From assembly GCA_963662945.1 (NCBI GenBank), contig OY759974.1, forward strand, positions 1,888,001-1,952,000: DNA of 64,000 bases. The letters run 5' to 3'. Below, piece by piece: positions 9,969-19,694 of the stretch. Source of the DNA: Arcobacteraceae bacterium. GTDB taxonomy: Bacteria; Campylobacterota; Campylobacteria; Campylobacterales; Arcobacteraceae. A model generated the notes under the pieces. That model searched no databases and was not told the origin of the DNA. It was given only the letters and a program-made list of their open reading frames with translations. Position 1 is the first letter of the stretch, and every line of letters begins with the position of its first letter. A program made the translations under genes and the position numbers.

Positions 9969-12164
9969 ATGAAACGTAATGTTATCTTAGCTTATATTGT
10001 AGTTATTTTTTTAGGTATTTTTTCTATAAGTTTTTTTATCAATCAAGATAATTATAATCAAAAAGTTGATTTAATTTTAAATAATAAATTATCTCAGTTA
10101 GAAACACATTATAAAATATTTATATTTAACCAAAAAGTACTAACAGATAATATATTTGATGATACAATCCATATACAATCAGTAATTGAAATACTTACAC
10201 AAGCTTCAGAAGAACAAGATGTCAATAAACTTTCAATATTAAGAGAAAAACTCTATAAGTTACTTGAAAAAAAATATGATCATATTAAAAGAAATGGAAT
10301 TTTGCAGTACCATTTTGTATTACCTAATAATGTATCATTTTTAAGGATGCATAAACATTCAAAATATGGAGATGATTTAACAAATATTCGACAAGACTTT
10401 GAATATGTGAATAAATATAAAAAAACAGTACGAGGGTTTTCAAATGGAAGAACTGCTCATGGTTTTAGAAATGTTTATCCAATTTTTAATGATAAAAAAT
10501 ATATTGGAGCTATTGAAATATCATTTTCTAGTGAGAGTTTACAGCATTATTTAATCAAATTAAGTAATTTACATTCCCATTTTTTGATTGATAAGCATAT
10601 CTTTGATTCGAAAGCTTGGGAAAGAGATGATATGATTTTAAAATATTATCCAAGTGCAGAAAATGAAAATTTAATGTTTCATGTGACTTCTGATCATACT
10701 TACGAAAAGTGTATAGTACACAATAGTAAAAATCTTTTGCCACTTCAAAATGAAATTAAAAGAAATTTGGCAAAAAATGAAAAGTTCGTTTTATATATTC
10801 CAAATAATAAAGATGCAAATGTTCTCTCATTTTATCCAGTAACTCAAAATGTTACAAATAAAGTTGTAGCGTGGGTAGCTTCTTATGAATATGTAGAGTT
10901 GTTAGATGATCTAAAAAGTCAAAAAAATTATAATATATTCTGGACTATTATTATTTTATTAATAATTTTCTATTTTATGTATAAACTTTTAAGACAACAT
11001 CAACTTATAAAGGAAAGTGAACATCAACTCTTAGAAAAAACAAAAGAACAAGATATTCTATTATCTTTATTTGATAATGGAGAAACAGTTCTTTTTAAAT
11101 GGAATAATGATCTTAAATGGAGTGTAGAACATGTTTCACAAAGTGTTCATAACCTTTTAGGGTATACAAAAGAGGAGTTTTTAAGTAGGCAAATAGAATA
11201 TAGTTCTTGTATTCACAAAGATGATATAGAAAGGGTACAACAAGAGGTTAAAAATGGCTCACAAACTAAGGATGGGTTTTTTGCTCATCAACCTTATAGA
11301 GTTATTACAAAAGACAATAAAGAGAAGTGGGTATTAGATTATACAACAATTTTGAAACATGATAATGGAGATATTAAAAGTTATATAGGTTATATTTTGG
11401 ATATTACAGAACAAAAAAATAAAGAGAGATTGTTATTTGAACAATCTAAATTAGCTTCTATGGGAGAGATGATAGGAAATATTGCTCATCAATGGAGACA
11501 ACCACTTTCAATAATATCAACAAGTGCAACAGGTCTTCAGATGCAATATGAATATGATTTATTAGATATTAAAAATATTCCACAAGTATGTGAAACAATT
11601 AATGAAAATGCTCAGTATTTATCACAAACAATAGATGATTTTAGAAATTTTATTAAAGGTGGAAGAATTTTAGAACAGTTTGTTTTGTCTGATTTGATTA
11701 ATAGTTCATTGAAATTAGTAGAAGCATCGACAAAGTCAAATAATATAACAGTAGTATTGAATTTGGATGATGATATAGTTCTTTATGGATACGAAAATGA
11801 ATTAAAACAATGTTTTATAAATATTTTTAACAACTCAAAAGATGCTTTGAAAGAGATAAACCAGAAGAAAAGACTTTTTTTTATTACAACTGCAAAAGAA
11901 GGTGAAGATTTTGTTAAAATTATTTTTAAAGATAATGGGAAAGGGATTTTAGAAGAAAATTTAAGTAAAGTTTTTGAACCATATTTTACTACGAAACATA
12001 AATCACAAGGGACAGGATTGGGGCTTCATATGACATATAATATGATAACAAGTGGAATGAATGGAACAATAGCTTTAGAAAATGTAGAATATGCGTATCA
12101 AGAAGTACCATATATTGGTGCTCAAATTACAATTATCCTACCAAAAAAATATAGAGATAATTAA
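9969..12164 (+). CDS. Membrane sensor histidine kinase (dCache-PAS-HisKA-HATPase)
   Basis: Two TMs, PAS, H-box NIAHQWRQPL, DNGKGI, FEPYFTTK, GTGLGL. Start moved to 9969 because 9936 abuts TGTTATAAT. Confidence 0.9.
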   Translation: MKRNVILAYIVVIFLGIFSISFFINQDNYNQKVDLILNNKLSQLETHYKIFIFNQKVLTDNIFDDTIHIQSVIEILTQASEEQDVNKLSILREKLYKLLEKKYDHIKRNGILQYHFVLPNNVSFLRMHKHSKYGDDLTNIRQDFEYVNKYKKTVRGFSNGRTAHGFRNVYPIFNDKKYIGAIEISFSSESLQHYLIKLSNLHSHFLIDKHIFDSKAWERDDMILKYYPSAENENLMFHVTSDHTYEKCIVHNSKNLLPLQNEIKRNLAKNEKFVLYIPNNKDANVLSFYPVTQNVTNKVVAWVASYEYVELLDDLKSQKNYNIFWTIIILLIIFYFMYKLLRQHQLIKESEHQLLEKTKEQDILLSLFDNGETVLFKWNNDLKWSVEHVSQSVHNLLGYTKEEFLSRQIEYSSCIHKDDIERVQQEVKNGSQTKDGFFAHQPYRVITKDNKEKWVLDYTTILKHDNGDIKSYIGYILDITEQKNKERLLFEQSKLASMGEMIGNIAHQWRQPLSIISTSATGLQMQYEYDLLDIKNIPQVCETINENAQYLSQTIDDFRNFIKGGRILEQFVLSDLINSSLKLVEASTKSNNITVVLNLDDDIVLYGYENELKQCFINIFNNSKDALKEINQKKRLFFITTAKEGEDFVKIIFKDNGKGILEENLSKVFEPYFTTKHKSQGTGLGLHMTYNMITSGMNGTIALENVEYAYQEVPYIGAQITIILPKKYRDN

Positions 12165-14425
12165 ATTAAATCTTTAGAAGGTTTTCCTATAAGATAACCT
12201 TGTGAATAATCGATTCCTATAGAATTAATATATTCTAAAGTTTTTGTGTCTTCTACATATTCTGCAATTGTTTGTAGCCGTAAATTATCACATAAAAATT
12301 TTAAACTTCCTATGAGTATTTGTATTTTACTATCAGTGGTAATGTTTTTTACTAAAGAACCATCTATTTTAAGATAATCAATATAGTCACTTAAGTTTAA
12401 AAGATGTTCAAAATTACTGTATCCACTTCCAAAATCATCAATAGCTACTTTACAACCAATACTTTTAACACTTTTAATAAATTTATAAAAGTTTTCATAG
12501 TCTGCTACACTTTCAGACTCAACAATTTCTAATACAAGTTTATGACTTACATTATAGTATTGAATTCTTTCAAATAGAAAATCTATAAAGTTTTCATTTT
12601 CTATATCTAACATACTTATATTGATTGAAAATTCAAAATCTTTATCTTGAAAAAACTTGAATGATTTATTAATAACCATATATGTTAGTGTTTGGTATTT
12701 ATTTAATTCTTTTGCAATAGGCAAAAACTGGTCTGGAAAAATAAATTCATCTTTATATCTTAATCTTATTAGTGCTTCATATTTTTCTATTTTTTCTGTA
12801 AAGTTATTAAAAATAGGTTGATAATGGACTTCAATAGTATCATTTTCAATAGCATGTTTAATTTTTTTAGCTAATTCAATATTGTCTTTGTTTTGTTTGA
12901 GTTTTTGAATATGTTGTTCTGAATAAATTGAAATATCAATTTTATTTTCCACTCCATTATCTAGGGCAATCTCTGCTTCTTTTAATTTTGTTGTACCAGA
13001 GTTTATTATATCCACACCACTACAGCTTATAGCTACATCAACCAATATATCTAAGTCTTTGTCTGCACAAAAATGTTTTCCTTCTAGTTTTTGTAATAAT
13101 TCTTTAAAAATAGGTTCAATATTTTCTTTTTGTGATGGAGAATATTGTAAACTAAAAGTTCCATAACTTACTATATAAATTTGTAGTACATTCGTATCTG
13201 CAAATTGTTTTAAATAGTCTGAAATTTCTAAAATAAGCTGTTCAGAAGTTTTATAACCATATAGATTTTGTATTTTTGTCATATTTTTAATTTTTATTAA
13301 AATAACTAAAGAATCTGGGAATTTATCATTTTCCAAATCTTTGATAAGAGAAATTCTATTTGGTAGATTGGTATTTTTGTGAGTATTAATATTTTCTTCT
13401 ATTTCAGATTTTAAAAAATCAGGCAACTTAGCAAAATATAAAACCAAAGGAGAAAGTATAATAGATAAAAATATTATAAAATATATCAGTGTATTAGAAT
13501 TATCAATATTTTGTTTTGTCAATTCATCATATTTTAATGAGAGTATTAATTTAAGGTTTTGACCATTATTAAAATCTTTTAAAACTTCACTATAAAGTCT
13601 GTCATCAAGATAGGTATCATTATCGAGTATTTCTTGAGCTTTTTGAGTACCAAATTCGTTAAAAATTGTATATGTATTAAATGTATCACTAGCTAAACCG
13701 TATTGAGGGTTTTCATGATTTAAAAATCTTCCTTTTTCATCTATTATCCATATATGATACAAAATTGCTTGATCTAAAAGTTTAAAAAATGTTTTTAAAC
13801 ATACGTTGAGAACAATAATCCCTTTTTTTTGATTTTTTTTGTCAAAAAGTGTTATTCCAAATCGAACTACAGGTTTTTTTATATTTTCTATATTTCCATT
13901 TTCTTTATTAAGATTTATTTCTGAAATACCAATTTCATTTTTATCTAAAGCGATAAATTGTTTAAAATAATTTTCATTACTTATATTTTGAAGTTGATTT
14001 TCAGGGACAATTGTAGATATAGCATTCTCTTGAAAAAGTTTTAAAGGTGTGCCATCTATTCGTATTTTTTCATTTCCTTGCATATCTATATATCGGACTT
14101 GTATGGTACATGGTAATGATTTTTTTATGGTTAAAAAAAGAGATTCAATCTCTGTTTTATTTATTTGATTATTTAGATATTGATTTATAAGAATATCATC
14201 TTGTAAAGCTTTAAGAGTAGTTATATATTGACTAAAAAATTCATTAAAAAATCTATTTCTTTCTTGGCATTTATATTGAATATTATTAATAGAAATATTG
14301 TTTACATCGTTTTTACTGAATTGTGTAAAAGTATAATACACAGCTACAACAATAAAAAAAATAGAAACAATATAAAGAATTATAAATTTTATTTTATAGG
14401 GGATTTTACTAAACATATTAATCAA
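12161..14425 (-). CDS. Membrane Cache / degenerate GGDEF / EAL phosphodiesterase
   Basis: Two TMs; TNLPNR present but the GGDEF site is replaced by SYGTF; intact YEALIR, IDDFGSGYSN, IAEYVE. Confidence 0.85.
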   Translation of the reverse strand: MINMFSKIPYKIKFIILYIVSIFFIVVAVYYTFTQFSKNDVNNISINNIQYKCQERNRFFNEFFSQYITTLKALQDDILINQYLNNQINKTEIESLFLTIKKSLPCTIQVRYIDMQGNEKIRIDGTPLKLFQENAISTIVPENQLQNISNENYFKQFIALDKNEIGISEINLNKENGNIENIKKPVVRFGITLFDKKNQKKGIIVLNVCLKTFFKLLDQAILYHIWIIDEKGRFLNHENPQYGLASDTFNTYTIFNEFGTQKAQEILDNDTYLDDRLYSEVLKDFNNGQNLKLILSLKYDELTKQNIDNSNTLIYFIIFLSIILSPLVLYFAKLPDFLKSEIEENINTHKNTNLPNRISLIKDLENDKFPDSLVILIKIKNMTKIQNLYGYKTSEQLILEISDYLKQFADTNVLQIYIVSYGTFSLQYSPSQKENIEPIFKELLQKLEGKHFCADKDLDILVDVAISCSGVDIINSGTTKLKEAEIALDNGVENKIDISIYSEQHIQKLKQNKDNIELAKKIKHAIENDTIEVHYQPIFNNFTEKIEKYEALIRLRYKDEFIFPDQFLPIAKELNKYQTLTYMVINKSFKFFQDKDFEFSINISMLDIENENFIDFLFERIQYYNVSHKLVLEIVESESVADYENFYKFIKSVKSIGCKVAIDDFGSGYSNFEHLLNLSDYIDYLKIDGSLVKNITTDSKIQILIGSLKFLCDNLRLQTIAEYVEDTKTLEYINSIGIDYSQGYLIGKPSKDLI

Positions 14426-14553
14426 CTTTATAAATATTTTAATCTTAATGATATAGAAAAAATTATTAAAAAGAGATATAATACAAGTGAAACAAATTTG
14501 TTGTATTTACAAGTGGGTAAATAATAGTACACTTATTAAAAAAGGAGTCTCAA

Positions 14554-15171
14554 ATGTCAAATAGTAATAAACATGGTATTTCAATAGGATTGAATCGGGT
14601 AAAAAATTATTTTTTTATTAAAATGGATATTATAGGTAGTCTCACTCATGAAGATTATGAGATTATAACTCCTATGTTAGAGAATGCTTTACAAGGTGTT
14701 GAAGAGCCAAAAATATCATTATTAATAGATGCGACGCAGTTTGATGGTTGGAGTTTACAAGCAGCTTGGGATGACTTAAAATTAGGTTTGAAGCATAATA
14801 AAGATTTTGAAAAAATAGCTTTTATTGGGAATAAATCTTGGCAAGAATATAGTATTAAAATATCAAATTGGTTTAGTTTAGGAAAAATGGAATATTTTGA
14901 AAATATTGAAGATGCTCTTGTATGGTTAAGTGCAGAAGATACTCTTGAAGTAGAAGAAGATAAAACAATGACACAAAAAGAGATTTTAAGTAGAGAAGAA
15001 GCCATTGAAAATCAATTAGAACTTTTATTTAAAACTAATATGAAAATAACAGATTGGGACGTGCCTGAAGCTGATGATAAAAGTGCAGCGACAATGATAC
15101 TAGAGATATTTCAAAGAAAACTTGATAGCTTAAAAAATGATGTGAAAGATGGAAAATATGATAATTATTAA
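14554..15171 (+). CDS. SpoIIAA-like (STAS/SEC14) protein with a C-terminal extension
   Basis: GSLTHEDYE, DGWSLQAAWDDLKLGLKH, EKIAFIG, YFENIEDALVWL; AAGGAG RBS. Confidence 0.8.
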   Translation: MSNSNKHGISIGLNRVKNYFFIKMDIIGSLTHEDYEIITPMLENALQGVEEPKISLLIDATQFDGWSLQAAWDDLKLGLKHNKDFEKIAFIGNKSWQEYSIKISNWFSLGKMEYFENIEDALVWLSAEDTLEVEEDKTMTQKEILSREEAIENQLELLFKTNMKITDWDVPEADDKSAATMILEIFQRKLDSLKNDVKDGKYDNY

Positions 15172-16316
15172 TAAGAATGAGGAATTTCTATTTTTACAAT
15201 AGCATTATTTTGATCATTGGAAATATCTATTACAAAGTTATGTTGATCAATAATTTTTTTAGCGATACTAAGTCCTATACCCAGTCCTTTATGTATTTTT
15301 TTTGATTTAAATGGCTTGTAAATATCTTTTAAAATTTCTTTATCAATTCCACCACCATTATCAACAAAAGAGATGGTGGTTTTATCCGTAAATACTTTTA
15401 TAGAAATATTGAGTTGATTATTTGTAATTGTGCCATTAACTTTAAGTTGATCCAATGCATTATCAAGAATTGCAATAAAGACCTGTTCTAATTTTCTAGC
15501 ATCCCCTTCAATATAAAATTTATATTTTTCTCTATCAATTTCAAGAGTGAAAATTTCATCTAAAATATTGATTTTAGTTATATGTTTTGCTTTATTATGT
15601 GTTAATCTTAATGCAATAATTAAAGCTCTGTAAACATTCATTTTTTTTATTTCAAAGATATTTGTATCAGAAATTTCCCTCATTGATTCAGTAATATTTT
15701 TAATTTTATTGAGTTGTGTTGTTAGAATTTCCAAATCTTGTATGATATTTTTTTTGATTTTATTTTCTTCTAATTGATTGACAGAATCTCTTAAAAACTC
15801 CATTGTACCATTAATTACAGTAAGTGGTGTATTTATTTCATGGCTAATACCACCTGTAAGTTTTCCAATAGCATTATACTGTGCATCTTCAAGTTTTTCT
15901 TCTTGTAATTGTTCATTTATCATCGTAAGTTCTATTTCTTTGGTAACATCTCTTTGGATACCTAAAAAATACTTTAAATTATTATGCTCATCAAAAATTG
16001 GGGAAATGGTAAATTGATTATAGATAAGAGTTCCACTTTTAGAATAATTCCGTACAGTAACTGTTGTAGAAGTTAGACTTTCTATTGAGGTTTTAATAGC
16101 TTTTAAGTTTTTTTGATTTTTATCATGAGCTTGTAAAAATCTACAGTTTTTACCAATAAATTCTTCACGAGAATATTCAAATTTTTGACAGGTGACATCA
16201 TTCACATATATTACTGGATTATCTTCTTGGTTTGGGTCAGATACTACTATTCCATTAGTAGCTTGTTCTATTACCTTTGGTAAATATTTAAAAAGTTCAC
16301 TATTTGGATTGATCAT
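15168..16316 (-). CDS. Soluble LOV-domain (blue-light) histidine kinase
   Basis: DNPVIYVN, GKNCRFLQ with the photoactive Cys, RNYSKSG...YN, GIQRDVT; H-box SHEINTPL; DNGGGI, GLGIGL. Confidence 0.9.
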   Translation of the reverse strand: MINPNSELFKYLPKVIEQATNGIVVSDPNQEDNPVIYVNDVTCQKFEYSREEFIGKNCRFLQAHDKNQKNLKAIKTSIESLTSTTVTVRNYSKSGTLIYNQFTISPIFDEHNNLKYFLGIQRDVTKEIELTMINEQLQEEKLEDAQYNAIGKLTGGISHEINTPLTVINGTMEFLRDSVNQLEENKIKKNIIQDLEILTTQLNKIKNITESMREISDTNIFEIKKMNVYRALIIALRLTHNKAKHITKINILDEIFTLEIDREKYKFYIEGDARKLEQVFIAILDNALDQLKVNGTITNNQLNISIKVFTDKTTISFVDNGGGIDKEILKDIYKPFKSKKIHKGLGIGLSIAKKIIDQHNFVIDISNDQNNAIVKIEIPHSY

Positions 16317-16484
16317 AACACTCTTTTTCTTTTTCTTCTTCTTATTGATTATGTTAGTTTAGTACCATTTTATTTAAAAGCCTATAAATTTTAATAAATT
16401 AGAGATTAGTTTTAGTTATAATCTTTGCAAAAGCTAAGATTAGTTAGTATTGTGTATTATCTTTATTAATAGGTGGTCTAAATA

Positions 16485-19028
16485 ATGGGTATTAAGACAT
16501 TAAAGAATTATTTTCGTCTTTCGATGATAATTACAACATTTAGTTTATTTTTTATATTTTATATTTTTTCATCTTATATACATACTAATTTAACAATACA
16601 AGAAAATCAAAAAATATCAGAATCACTCTCAAAACAAGTTTTTAATTCTATGTACCAAGTTATGAGAAAAGGTTGGAGTAGAGAAGAATTACAAGCATTT
16701 ATTAGTGAAACAAAAAACTCATTTGAAAATAGTTCTTATGGTGTAGAAATCTATAGAGGTGAAAATGTTGAAAAACTTTTTGGTGTTATTAACCAATCTA
16801 CTATTACTCCAGATGTTCAAAAAGTTTTTGAGACAAAAGAGAAACATTTTATATCTACAGACAATACAACAAAAATCATCACTCCTATTATAGCAAAACA
16901 AGAGTGTATAGTATGTCATACAAATGTTCAAGAGGGCGATATTTTAGGTGCTGTAAAAGTTGAATATGATTTTAATGATATGATTATTCAAACAAGAGAA
17001 CAATACTTACTCTTTTCACTCATAATTTTACCAATAATGTTTATTATAGCGTTTGTAATTTCTCTTAATTTTTTAAAGAAAGTTAATTTTTCAATTGAAA
17101 ATTTTGGAGATAAAGTAAAAAGTATTAACACTGTTAAAGATTTTAAAAATATCGATATAGTCAATACAAAAGATAGTTTTCAAGAATTTGATAAAATTAT
17201 GAATGGTTTAAATTTATTAAGTGCAAAATTAAAAAATATAGCAGTTGATAAAGATATTTTAGAATTTGAGGTAAAACTTCTTGATAAAATGGTGATTACC
17301 TCTGACATTATTAAAGATTGGAAAGAATATATTAAAGATCTTCTCCATGAAATCAATATTGTTCTTCCTGTACACTGTTTAATTACTATATTTAAAACAG
17401 AAGATGAATTTTATGAAGTGGAGATATTTTGGCTCGGAAAACCAGAAGTGAATTTACAACATCATCTTGAAAATGTTGCAAAAGAGATGATTTATGAACA
17501 TCACAAGCAAGAGAAAGCTGAAATGGTTATTAACCACAATATTTCAAATGAGAATTTTTGTTTAAGAACTTTAGGTGAAGATGATATAGAACATGAAGCA
17601 AAATCTATTCTTTTAGATGCGCCAAAAATAGGTGGAATTGTAGGACTTGGAATTCAATCAAGAATGGAAAAAGACTCAATACATTCTATTGTAATAGATT
17701 CTATTTTAACTACACTTTTAAATCTTGTAGGTTCAATAAAAGCCATCAATAAATATACAGAAAACTTGGAATATTACGCTACAAGAGATCCTCTTACTGG
17801 ATTATTTTCTCAAAGAGTTTTTAGAGACTTATTAGAATACGAGGTAAAAAGAGCAGCTAGACATAAGTATCATTTTGGTGTTTTAGTAATAGATTGTGAC
17901 AATTTTAAGCCTATCAATGATACACATGGACACAGTTTTGGTGATGAGTTTTTAAAAGCTTTCGCAGATATTTTAGAAAATTCAAAAAGAGATGAAGATA
18001 TTTTATCACGTTATGGTGGTGATGAATTTACAATAATACTTCCAGAAAGTGATCACAATGAAACTTATACAGTAGCTAGAAGAATTTTAGAAAACGTAGA
18101 AAACTTTGAGCTAGCTGCACCTGATGGTTCTATGATAACAATGACTGTTTCAATTGGTATGGCGATTTTCCCAGAGCATTCAACGGAACCAAAAGAGTTA
18201 TTTAACATAGCAGACTCTATGATGTATAAAGCAAAATATGAAGGAAAAAATGCTGTTAAATTTCCAACAGATGATGAAATAGAAGAGATACATCAAGAGT
18301 TAGAAGATAACTCTATGATAGTTTTAGATGCTATTAAAAATGAAAAAATAGTACCACATTTTCAACCTATTATGAATGTAAAAACAGGAACAGTTGAAAT
18401 TAATGAATTACTTATGAGAATTGAATTAGATGGTGAAATGATAAGTGCTGGAAAGTTTATAGAAACAGCTGAGTCACTTGGAATTGTACACCAAATGGAT
18501 TATATTGTTATAGAAAAAGCATTTCAAAAAATTAAAGAAAGAAATTATGAAGGTATATTATTTATCAATCTTTCACCAAAAGCTTTAATGATAGGTGAGT
18601 TTATAAAAAAAGTTGTGAAATTAACAGTAACATATAATATTAATCGGGATAATATTGTTTTTGAGATCACTGAGCGGGAAACTGTAAAAAGTTTTACATT
18701 ACTAGAAAAATTTGTACAAAACTTAAAACTTGAAGGTTTTAGTTTTGCAATTGATGATTTTGGTAGTGGTTTTTCATCATTCCATTATATTAAAAGATTT
18801 CCAATTGATTATATAAAAATTGATGGAGATTTTATAGTAAATATTCATAAAGATAAAAAAGATTTAGCTTTCGTAAAATCTATAGTATCTTTAGCTCAAG
18901 AGTTAGGGGTAAAAACAGTTGCTGAATTTGTTGAAAATGAAGAAATATTAGAATTTTTACAACAAATTGATATAGATTATGCACAAGGATTTCATTTAGG
19001 AAAACCATCTATTGATTTTGTGACTTGA
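16485..19028 (+). CDS. Membrane GGDEF-EAL protein with a periplasmic c-type heme (CxxCH) sensor
   Basis: Two TMs flank ECIVCHT; RDPLTGL, RYGGDEF, ELLMRI, IDDFGSGFSS. Confidence 0.88.
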   Translation: MGIKTLKNYFRLSMIITTFSLFFIFYIFSSYIHTNLTIQENQKISESLSKQVFNSMYQVMRKGWSREELQAFISETKNSFENSSYGVEIYRGENVEKLFGVINQSTITPDVQKVFETKEKHFISTDNTTKIITPIIAKQECIVCHTNVQEGDILGAVKVEYDFNDMIIQTREQYLLFSLIILPIMFIIAFVISLNFLKKVNFSIENFGDKVKSINTVKDFKNIDIVNTKDSFQEFDKIMNGLNLLSAKLKNIAVDKDILEFEVKLLDKMVITSDIIKDWKEYIKDLLHEINIVLPVHCLITIFKTEDEFYEVEIFWLGKPEVNLQHHLENVAKEMIYEHHKQEKAEMVINHNISNENFCLRTLGEDDIEHEAKSILLDAPKIGGIVGLGIQSRMEKDSIHSIVIDSILTTLLNLVGSIKAINKYTENLEYYATRDPLTGLFSQRVFRDLLEYEVKRAARHKYHFGVLVIDCDNFKPINDTHGHSFGDEFLKAFADILENSKRDEDILSRYGGDEFTIILPESDHNETYTVARRILENVENFELAAPDGSMITMTVSIGMAIFPEHSTEPKELFNIADSMMYKAKYEGKNAVKFPTDDEIEEIHQELEDNSMIVLDAIKNEKIVPHFQPIMNVKTGTVEINELLMRIELDGEMISAGKFIETAESLGIVHQMDYIVIEKAFQKIKERNYEGILFINLSPKALMIGEFIKKVVKLTVTYNINRDNIVFEITERETVKSFTLLEKFVQNLKLEGFSFAIDDFGSGFSSFHYIKRFPIDYIKIDGDFIVNIHKDKKDLAFVKSIVSLAQELGVKTVAEFVENEEILEFLQQIDIDYAQGFHLGKPSIDFVT

Positions 19029-19041
19029 TGATTTATTCTAC

Positions 19042-19084
19042 ATAATAATACAAATAGAAAGATTAGAATTATTTGTATTATTAT
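19042..19084. terminator. 15-bp inverted repeat between convergent genes (probable bidirectional terminator)
   Basis: ATAATAATACAAATA (19042-19056) / TATTTGTATTATTAT (19070-19084). Confidence 0.55.
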
Positions 19085-19102
19085 TATTATTTGTAAAATA
19101 AT

Positions 19103-19447
19103 TTAAATTATTTCTACATCTTTTACATCAATGCCTGATAGTTTTTCCATTTTTTCTTCAACTAAATCTAAAAACTCTGCTCTGTTTTTTTCATCCATAT
19201 TATTAGCTAGCATCTCATTTATATATTTAATACCATTTGCATTGATTTTTTTTACACTGGCTAAATAATGAACAAAGGCAATAAGTTTTACATCATTTAT
19301 AGAATAAAGTTTTTTATTCTCTTGTTCTTCTTTTTTAGGTAATAAACCTTTTTCTTCATACATTTTAAGTGTTCGTATTTTTGCACTTAAAAGTTCTGCA
19401 ATAGAACTCAAAGGTAATATGTCTTTTTCATTGTCTAAAAGTGCCAA
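19103..19447 (-). CDS. MerR-family (HspR-like) transcriptional regulator
   Basis: LSSIAELLSAKIRTLKMYEEKGLL...KLYSINDV...INANGIK; TTG start with GAGGA RBS; TGaTATAAT at 19475-19483 on the minus strand. Confidence 0.85.
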   Translation of the reverse strand: MALLDNEKDILPLSSIAELLSAKIRTLKMYEEKGLLPKKEEQENKKLYSINDVKLIAFVHYLASVKKINANGIKYINEMLANNMDEKNRAEFLDLVEEKMEKLSGIDVKDVEII

Positions 19448-19522
19448 GTTGTTTTCCTCATATAGTAATGAGTAATTATATCAAAAAATTATTTATAACA
19501 AAGTTGATACAAAAATAAATAA

Positions 19523-19690
19523 TACATATAGTGTGTATATTTTAATACATACTATATGTATTAAAATATACATTATTATTACAATTTAATTACATTAAAA
19601 TAGTATTAATTAATAAGTATTTAAGTTTTATATGTTATAACTGTACATATATTTACATATTATATGTAAAAAATATACATAAAGGATGTA
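19523..19690. promoter_or_regulatory. Four TACATA-N3-TATGTA palindromic operator-like sites in the merR/ectA divergent promoter region
   Basis: 19523 TACATAtagTGTGTA, 19546 TACATActaTATGTA, 19654 TACATAttaTATGTA, 19676 TACATAaagGATGTA; extended -10 TGtTATAAC at 19633-19641. Confidence 0.75.
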
Positions 19691-19694
19691 AAAT

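Noticed and set aside
14228-14524. 98-aa plus-strand ORF
   Set aside because: Mostly antisense to the EAL gene and across its promoter; low-complexity I/K/N content; no RBS.
19103-19447. MerR protein as a LitR/CarH B12 photoreceptor or as the canonical HspR
   Set aside because: At 114 aa it has no cobalamin-binding domain; it is not next to cbpA/dnaK, and no HAIR motif was seen nearby.
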